DNA of 64,000 bases from the sequence record SRR31156797_362; one strand, written 5' to 3'. Below the pieces are notes generated by a model, which saw only the letters and a list, made by a program, of their open reading frames with translations, was not told the origin of the DNA and made no database searches. The position numbers and the translations under genes are program-made. Shown here piece by piece: positions 58,048-64,000 of the stretch; position 1 is the first letter of the stretch, and each line of letters starts with the position of its first letter.

Positions 58048-59730
58048 ATGAGCAACGAACCCGATAAGATTATTTATTCCATGTATAAAGTGACCAAGCG
58101 TCACGGGCAAAGGGAAGTATTGAAAAATGTTTCTCTGTCCTACTTCTATGGCGCCAAGATTGGCGTGCTTGGTCTGAACGGCTCTGGTAAATCTTCTTTA
58201 TTGAAGATTTTGGCCGGTGTGGACACTGCCTTTGAAGGCGAAATACAGGTCAAGGATGGATTTACTGTCGGCTACCTTGAACAGGAACCTCTCCAGAATG
58301 AAGAGCGTACTGTTCGTGAAGTAGTGGAAGAAGGTGTTGGCGAAGTCATGGATATTATCCGTGAATATAATGAGATCAACGAAAAATTTGCTGAACCCAT
58401 GGAAGCCGACGAAATGGACGCTCTCATTGAAAAGCAGGGCAAAGTACAGGAACTCATGGATGCCAAGGGCGCGTGGGATATTGATTCCAAGCTTGAAATG
58501 GCTATGGATTCCCTACGGTGCCCTCCTGGCGACACGTCTGTATCAGTAATTTCTGGTGGTGAAAAACGTCGTGTGGCCTTGTGTCGTCTGTTGCTTCAGT
58601 CGCCTGATATCTTGCTGTTGGACGAGCCTACCAACCATCTTGATGCGGATTCTGTTGCATGGCTGGAACAATTTCTGTCCAGTTTTCCCGGTACCGTCAT
58701 TGCCGTAACTCATGACAGATATTTTCTCGACAACGTGGCTGGTTGGATTTTGGAACTCGATCGAGGTCGTGGTATTCCTTGGAAGGGGAATTATTCTTCC
58801 TGGCTTGATCAGAAGCAGAATCGTCTTTCTCAGGAAGGCAAGCAGGAAGCAGATCGTCAAAAGACCTTGCAACGGGAACTGGAATGGATTCGTATGTCTC
58901 CCAAGGGACGTCGGGCCAAATCCAAGGCGCGTATCAATGCGTATGAATCAATGATCAGCCATGAGAGCGAACGTCTGGCAGATGATCTGCAAATTTATAT
59001 CCCACCGGGACCACATCTTGGCAAACAGGTTGTCGTGGCCGAGAATGTCACAAAATCCATGGGCGATAAATTGCTTATGGAAGATGTTAATTTCATCCTC
59101 CCCCCTAATGCCATCGTGGGGATTATCGGTCCTAACGGCGCAGGTAAATCTACTTTATGCAAGATGATCGTTGGCGATGAACAACCTGATTCCGGTACTA
59201 TGACTATCGGTTCAACCGTTGAATTGGCTTATGCCGATCAGAATCGTAATTCTCTGACTCCGGGTAAAAGCGTTTACGAAATCATCAGCGGCGGAGCTGA
59301 GTTTATCAAACTCGGAGAGCGCGAGATGAATGCTCGTGCCTACTGCTCTCGTTTTAACTTTGCCGGTCAGGATCAGCAAAAAAATGTTGACGTTCTGTCA
59401 GGCGGTGAGCGGAACAGAGTGCACATGGCCCAGATGTTGAAATCCGGTGCCAACGTCCTGCTTCTTGATGAACCGACCAACGATCTGGACGTAAATACCA
59501 TGCGTGCTCTGGAAGACGGTCTGGAAAACTTCGCCGGTTGTGTTCTGGTCATCAGCCATGACCGCTGGTTCCTTGATCGAGTTGCCACGCATATCCTTGC
59601 CTTTGAGGGGGATTCCAAAGTGGTCATGGTGGAAGGGAATTATAGCGATTATGATGCTGACAGAAAGAAACGTCTCGGCGCAGATGCCAGTCAGCCTCAC
59701 CGACTTAAGTTTCGTAAATTGACTCGGTAA
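58048..59730 (+). CDS. ettA: energy-dependent translational throttle ABC-F protein
   Basis: GAKIGVLGLNGSGKS, SGGE.RRVALC, GIPW.GNYSSWL, ELEW.R.SPKGR.AK.KAR, LSGGERNR. Confidence 0.95.
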   Translation: MSNEPDKIIYSMYKVTKRHGQREVLKNVSLSYFYGAKIGVLGLNGSGKSSLLKILAGVDTAFEGEIQVKDGFTVGYLEQEPLQNEERTVREVVEEGVGEVMDIIREYNEINEKFAEPMEADEMDALIEKQGKVQELMDAKGAWDIDSKLEMAMDSLRCPPGDTSVSVISGGEKRRVALCRLLLQSPDILLLDEPTNHLDADSVAWLEQFLSSFPGTVIAVTHDRYFLDNVAGWILELDRGRGIPWKGNYSSWLDQKQNRLSQEGKQEADRQKTLQRELEWIRMSPKGRRAKSKARINAYESMISHESERLADDLQIYIPPGPHLGKQVVVAENVTKSMGDKLLMEDVNFILPPNAIVGIIGPNGAGKSTLCKMIVGDEQPDSGTMTIGSTVELAYADQNRNSLTPGKSVYEIISGGAEFIKLGEREMNARAYCSRFNFAGQDQQKNVDVLSGGERNRVHMAQMLKSGANVLLLDEPTNDLDVNTMRALEDGLENFAGCVLVISHDRWFLDRVATHILAFEGDSKVVMVEGNYSDYDADRKKRLGADASQPHRLKFRKLTR

Positions 59731-59739
59731 GACTCAGGT

Positions 59740-62025
59740 CTATTTTTGCTCTATAAGAATCGTTGAATCACTTCCGATTGCGGGACGTCGATCAATAGCC
59801 ACGGAGTTTCCGGAAATGGATTTTGCGTATTTTTTGATGTGCGCGGCCCGTTCCCCGATCTCCATGAGCGAACATTGACCGAAAATCTCAATAACACCTA
59901 AGGAGATGGTAACTAAAGGGTATTCCCTTTTTTTACCATCTCTTCCTTTGGCTTTGATCCAACCTCGTGCGCGATCATCTGCACAATAACATTGGTGAAC
60001 CAACCGTCCAAAACAGCGAGTTATGGATTTGCAGATCCTATTAACGGATTTCGGTGTGGTAATGAGCACAAAATCATCGCCGCCGATGTGACAGAGTTGG
60101 GCATCCTGCGGTGCATGTTTTTTCATGGCCCAAGACATGATATCTGCCGCCAATTTGATTATTCTGTCACCATTTTTAAATCCATAGGTGTCGTTGTACA
60201 CCTTGAAATGGTCAAGATCGCCGTAGATGATGCTGAAACTTTCTTTTTGTTTAATACGACGTTCCACTTCCTGTTCTATGGCGACATTGCCCGGTAAGCC
60301 GGTGAGAGGATTGGTCCCCTTGGCCATTTCAACCTGAATTTCGGCCAAAGCATTGAGTAGAGCCTGGACCGTGACCACTCCGTAGAGTTTCCCTTTTTTT
60401 GTTACGATGATATCATCGTATGTCTTGAAGTGTTCCCGTTGCATGGCAGAACGAGCTGCCTGCTCAACGGGTGTTTCCATATCCACAACAAGCGGCCTGT
60501 CATCCATGATCGAAGCTATGGAGCGTTTGTGGTAAAGGGCTATTCCATACTGAGATGAAAGTTGACGATTGAGGTGATACTCCATGAGGATTCCTCGTGG
60601 AATATTGTCTTCAACTATGACAATGTTGCTAAATTGATTGTTTTTTCGGAAAAATTTATGAACTTGTGAGACCCTACAGTCAAGCCCCTCTGGATGGGGT
60701 GTCTCCGCAAGGTTTCCGACAGGGCGAGAGCAGGTGATGTTGGATGAAATGTCACGGACAGCTTTCAGATTCTTACATTCGTCGCCGACCCGAGGCTTCG
60801 GATACGCCGGTCTTGCAAGAAAAAAACCTTGGCCGCAATGAACGCCTATATCTTTGAGGCAGAGTGCTTGTGCCTTGTATTCGATACCTTCAGCAATAAT
60901 TCGGGAACCTATCTTGTCGGCAAAAGTGACGGTGGTTTCTACCAATGCACGTTTTACCGGGTCTTTATGAATGTCGTCGATGAGTGATTTATCTAGTTTG
61001 ATGTAATCTGGTTGAAGTTCAGCAATGAGCGATAATCCCGCATAACCGGCTCCTGCATCGTCCACGGCAATTTGAAAGCCTTGATTGCGGTAATGGTCTA
61101 ATGCCCTGTAAAAGAGATCAAAGTCCTGGACACTATGGCGTTCGGTTATTTCAAAAACAATGTTATCTGGGGTTAATTGGGCTTTCTCCAAAAGTTCACG
61201 GGTATGACCGGGAGAGAAGAGTGGATCGGCCATCGTTTTTGGATGGATGTTTAGAAACAGTTTTTGTTGTTCTGATAATGTGCCAACATTGTTGACAGCA
61301 ACTTCCCTACATAGTTTTTCCAGGGCAAAAAGGCGACCAAGTTCTTCAGCCGTTTCAAAAAGCATAAAAGGGGAGCGGAAAGAAGAGCCTTTCGGTCCAC
61401 GAGCAAGAGCCTCCCAACCTAAGGTTGTGCTGGTGCGAAAGTCATAAATGGGTTGATAATGGGCTGATATCAGTTTTTGCGTGAGAATGGTGTTGAAACG
61501 AGTGTTGATGGAAAGATTCTTCATATCCAGTGGTCGACTTTCCATTCGACGGGCATCTCTAAGAGCTTGTGTGATAATCGTGGTACATTTTTCTTGCTGA
61601 TTGCAGGGCACAGAAGCGAACCCCATTCCAAGATCAATGCCGATACCTGTATGGCGAAGCATTATAGCTCCAAGAGCCATTCGAGCCTGCCCCTTGTATC
61701 CATAGGCAATATCAGCAGGGTTGCTGTCTTGCGGAACGAGGAAAGCCGTAACACCAGGACCTATTTTATTCGTTTGAATGGAGTTTGTGTTGTTGTTTTT
61801 TGCTGTTTGCTGCAAAGACGCCTTGAGCTCATTTTCTAAATGATCAACAAAACTTTGGCCGTACATTTCTCGAAGAGTAAAATAGTCCCTGATTGTAATG
61901 AGAACGAGTGTTTGGGTATGAATTGTATCCAATTTGAAATCTGTCAGTACATACTCGGGGAGTTTAAGGTGCATTGCATCCTCTGTTTTATCTGAAAATA
62001 GGGCTTTGATCTTTTCAGGAAGCAT
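59740..62025 (-). CDS. c-di-GMP signalling protein: degenerate N-terminal domain, EAL, CBS pair, GGDEF (GGDDF)
   Basis: YQPI, WEALAR, FLNI, FEITE, DDAGAGY, IKLD, AEGIE, QGF; then NPLTGLPGN, DLD.FK.YND.YG, HIGGDDF. Confidence 0.92.
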   Translation of the reverse strand: MLPEKIKALFSDKTEDAMHLKLPEYVLTDFKLDTIHTQTLVLITIRDYFTLREMYGQSFVDHLENELKASLQQTAKNNNTNSIQTNKIGPGVTAFLVPQDSNPADIAYGYKGQARMALGAIMLRHTGIGIDLGMGFASVPCNQQEKCTTIITQALRDARRMESRPLDMKNLSINTRFNTILTQKLISAHYQPIYDFRTSTTLGWEALARGPKGSSFRSPFMLFETAEELGRLFALEKLCREVAVNNVGTLSEQQKLFLNIHPKTMADPLFSPGHTRELLEKAQLTPDNIVFEITERHSVQDFDLFYRALDHYRNQGFQIAVDDAGAGYAGLSLIAELQPDYIKLDKSLIDDIHKDPVKRALVETTVTFADKIGSRIIAEGIEYKAQALCLKDIGVHCGQGFFLARPAYPKPRVGDECKNLKAVRDISSNITCSRPVGNLAETPHPEGLDCRVSQVHKFFRKNNQFSNIVIVEDNIPRGILMEYHLNRQLSSQYGIALYHKRSIASIMDDRPLVVDMETPVEQAARSAMQREHFKTYDDIIVTKKGKLYGVVTVQALLNALAEIQVEMAKGTNPLTGLPGNVAIEQEVERRIKQKESFSIIYGDLDHFKVYNDTYGFKNGDRIIKLAADIMSWAMKKHAPQDAQLCHIGGDDFVLITTPKSVNRICKSITRCFGRLVHQCYCADDRARGWIKAKGRDGKKREYPLVTISLGVIEIFGQCSLMEIGERAAHIKKYAKSISGNSVAIDRRPAIGSDSTILIEQK

Positions 62026-62125
62026 GGTGTTTCTCGCATGTTAATTCTGTAGAGGTAAATATGCAGAAATTATTACCAATAACAAATAAGACCAGTCTTT
62101 TTCTACACCCTCAAGTAAAATGGAA

Positions 62126-62152
62126 GTTACCACCACGTTACAGTGTCGTTAT
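62126..62152 (-). promoter_or_regulatory. three direct repeats at 11-bp period (OmpR/PhoB-type box candidate)
   Basis: Plus-strand GTTAC at 62126, GTTAC at 62137 and GTTAT at 62148. Confidence 0.5.
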
Positions 62153-62162
62153 TTTTTGGATT

Positions 62163-62193
62163 AAAAAAAAGGCAGCCTCCGAAGAGGCTGCCT
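62163..62193 (-). terminator. intrinsic terminator after the carboxyltransferase gene
   Basis: Minus strand reads GGCAGCCTC-TTCG-GAGGCTGCC followed by a run of 8 T. Confidence 0.9.
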
Positions 62194-62219
62194 AATGCAG
62201 GTAATAGAAGGGTGAAAAG

Positions 62220-64000
62220 CTACCTATAATAGAGGTTGCGTCCACCAATTGTCAGGAAAGCCTGATGCAGATTTTTACGAATGTCCTTACGGCTCCACAC
62301 GCCTTGAATGTGACCTCGGGAAAGGCCTTTGTAGCAATTGTGGTAGTCGGGCGGTATTTCAATGCCTGTGGTTTCCTTGATAACACCGGGGCCAGCAAAG
62401 CCCAAGCGTGAGGAACGGACTGCGTATTGGTACGGAGAACATCCAAGGAAGGATGCAACTGGACCGGCATACGAGTTGGTATCGTACAGCACAATATACA
62501 GTCCACCTTCTTCAATGTACTTACGGACCGCCATGGTGCAGCGTGGCATTTGAATAAGGCCGTTAACGCCTTCCTGAATGCGAATACCCGCTGTGCCGTG
62601 TACATAGGCGAGAAACGGTTGATGTTTTGTCTGTGCCAGTTCCAGAGCGCGAATGAACTTCTCGCCCTCGGCTGCGCCCACTGAGCCGCCTCGGAAGTTT
62701 GCGATCAATGTAGCACAGGTGACATTAATCCCTTCAAGACTAGCATTGAACGTCATGCAGCTTGATTGCAGGCCTGTTTTTTCCTTGGCAGCGTCAACGC
62801 GTGCGTCGAAGTTCGGGAATTTCGTGGGATTGCCTGCCGCGATGTCGCGGTTGAATTCACGCAAAGAGCCTTTATCAAAGAGGTTATGCAGATACCACTG
62901 GTATTCCATTGGGAAGTTGTAACCACAATGAGGGCAGACACCGGCGAAATCAGTAAACAAATCTTTAGCCCAAATATCGAGACAACCACGCTTCGAGGCG
63001 TGCGGGCAAGTAACTTCTCTGTCGATATTTGCTTGAGGGCTTATATAACCATTATCATTGGTTACCGTAGGCTCTGTTTCTTGTGTTGTAGACAGCCCCG
63101 TCAGCTCCATTTCCTTCTGTTTGTCACCTTCAGCCTTGATGCCCACTTTTTTGAGCACTGTCTTTACAACGGAATCGACCTTGCCGGTGACGACATGAAT
63201 TTCATCAGTAGCTTCTTCCACAATACGCCCAATACGCTGACGGAAGGGTTTAACTAATCCGTACACGAGCAGGCTTGAAGTGTTGGAAACGATGCCGGAA
63301 CTTGTTGCAGTCAGTTTATCCATCAAGGATCGATTGTCCTGATAAGCATGCTGAGCGAGTCTGCGGTATTTTTTGAAGCGTTTGGCAATCAGGCGTTCTC
63401 GTGCGGTTTCATTGAGGGACCAGCGAACGATAATATCCGTATGTCGCTTGAAATGACGCATGGCCATGGCGCGAAATAAACGAACGCCACGAACGCCAAG
63501 AGCCACTTCATCTGTGGCGCGAACGATTTGTTCTCGAACTTGTTTGTAGAAATCGAAATGATCGGCGCGAGCACCGAGCGGCGGTTCTTCTATGATCTCA
63601 TCAATGTAACCATTTTTCAGGTTGTCCTGAGCTGTGATGCGTTGTGCCAATGCACAGGATTCAATAAGCTCAACAGGTGCACGTTGAGAGCCTCGGATAC
63701 GGCCTTCAATGGCAGCAGCTCCTTCGGGAGAAATGACTGAATAATATCCATGGGAAAGCATCAGGCGTTTGTCAGCCATGCCGATGGCTTCTGCGCCACC
63801 GGAACCGCCTTCTGAAAAGATGGCGATAATGGGAACAGGAAGCCCTGCCATTTCATATATATTTTCAGCTATTTGCTGGGCTGCACCCGGAAAATCTTCA
63901 ACAGGGTAAGAGCCGGGCGTATTCACGTAGGCGTGGATGGGGATTTGTTCCCGAGCAGCAACCTTCATGTACTTCAAGGCCTTGCTGTTGCCCCATGGTT
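62220..64000 (-). CDS. acetyl-CoA carboxylase carboxyltransferase, fused alpha/beta (AccA-AccD); 5' part lies outside the window
   Basis: AccA-like TPG.YP, EGGSGGA, YSVISPEG.AAI; AccD-like C4 finger, GGSVG..EGEK, G.RIQEG...L.QM, GFAGP.VI. The frame stays open to the window end. Confidence 0.9.
   Translation of the reverse strand, partial: PWGNSKALKYMKVAAREQIPIHAYVNTPGSYPVEDFPGAAQQIAENIYEMAGLPVPIIAIFSEGGSGGAEAIGMADKRLMLSHGYYSVISPEGAAAIEGRIRGSQRAPVELIESCALAQRITAQDNLKNGYIDEIIEEPPLGARADHFDFYKQVREQIVRATDEVALGVRGVRLFRAMAMRHFKRHTDIIVRWSLNETARERLIAKRFKKYRRLAQHAYQDNRSLMDKLTATSSGIVSNTSSLLVYGLVKPFRQRIGRIVEEATDEIHVVTGKVDSVVKTVLKKVGIKAEGDKQKEMELTGLSTTQETEPTVTNDNGYISPQANIDREVTCPHASKRGCLDIWAKDLFTDFAGVCPHCGYNFPMEYQWYLHNLFDKGSLREFNRDIAAGNPTKFPNFDARVDAAKEKTGLQSSCMTFNASLEGINVTCATLIANFRGGSVGAAEGEKFIRALELAQTKHQPFLAYVHGTAGIRIQEGVNGLIQMPRCTMAVRKYIEEGGLYIVLYDTNSYAGPVASFLGCSPYQYAVRSSRLGFAGPGVIKETTGIEIPPDYHNCYKGLSRGHIQGVWSRKDIRKNLHQAFLTIGGRNLYYR

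Noticed and set aside
62026..62160. c-di-GMP riboswitch upstream of the EAL/GGDEF gene
   Set aside because: The leader is AT-rich, with no GGCAAAC...GAAA...GACGCAAA-type motif or stable stems.
1..64000. CRISPR array or rRNA
   Set aside because: All intergenic spacers are under about 300 nt and none has regularly spaced repeats or rRNA-like sequence.

Overview
Gene-dense, mostly core-genome window from a sulfate-reducing deltaproteobacterium. Gene content and protein style suggest Desulfovibrionaceae (Pseudodesulfovibrio-like); this is an inference. In order: 5' end of a tRNA (minus strand, cut by the window edge); lysS-lolE-lolD-bamA-skp-lpxD-fabZ-lpxA-lpxI; DUF89 phosphatase, asmA and yihY; tgt and nth; cutA; three consecutive kinase genes (PfkB nucleoside kinase, APH-like phosphotransferase, APS-kinase-like); miaB, DUF151 and a PHP hydrolase; tolQRAB-pal; pgpA; a ~3 kb AT-richer accessory block (marR, flavodoxin-like, MBL hydrolase, hypothetical, fosX) between pgpA and maf; an orphan motB-motA pair behind a sigma54-type promoter; glk; gpt with a BMP-type nucleoside ABC transporter; an amino-acid ABC pair; a dGTPase; alaC-hom-apgM-thioesterase; ilvE; dnaX-ybaB-recR-recD2; ferritin with a Fur-like box; a 2-oxoacid oxidoreductase alpha/beta pair; ettA; an EAL-CBS-GGDEF protein with Pho-box-like repeats upstream; and a fused acetyl-CoA carboxyltransferase running off the end. 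I saw no CRISPR array, rRNA, integrase or transposase, and I cannot demonstrate a wholly new system. The best candidates for uncharacterised biology are the MarR-controlled accessory block (paired operators, a leaderless repressor, FosX, a TYW3-like orphan), the triple-kinase operon and the atypical stator pair. Start codons were adjusted from the ORF track by eye; all family calls come from motif recognition, not from database searches.
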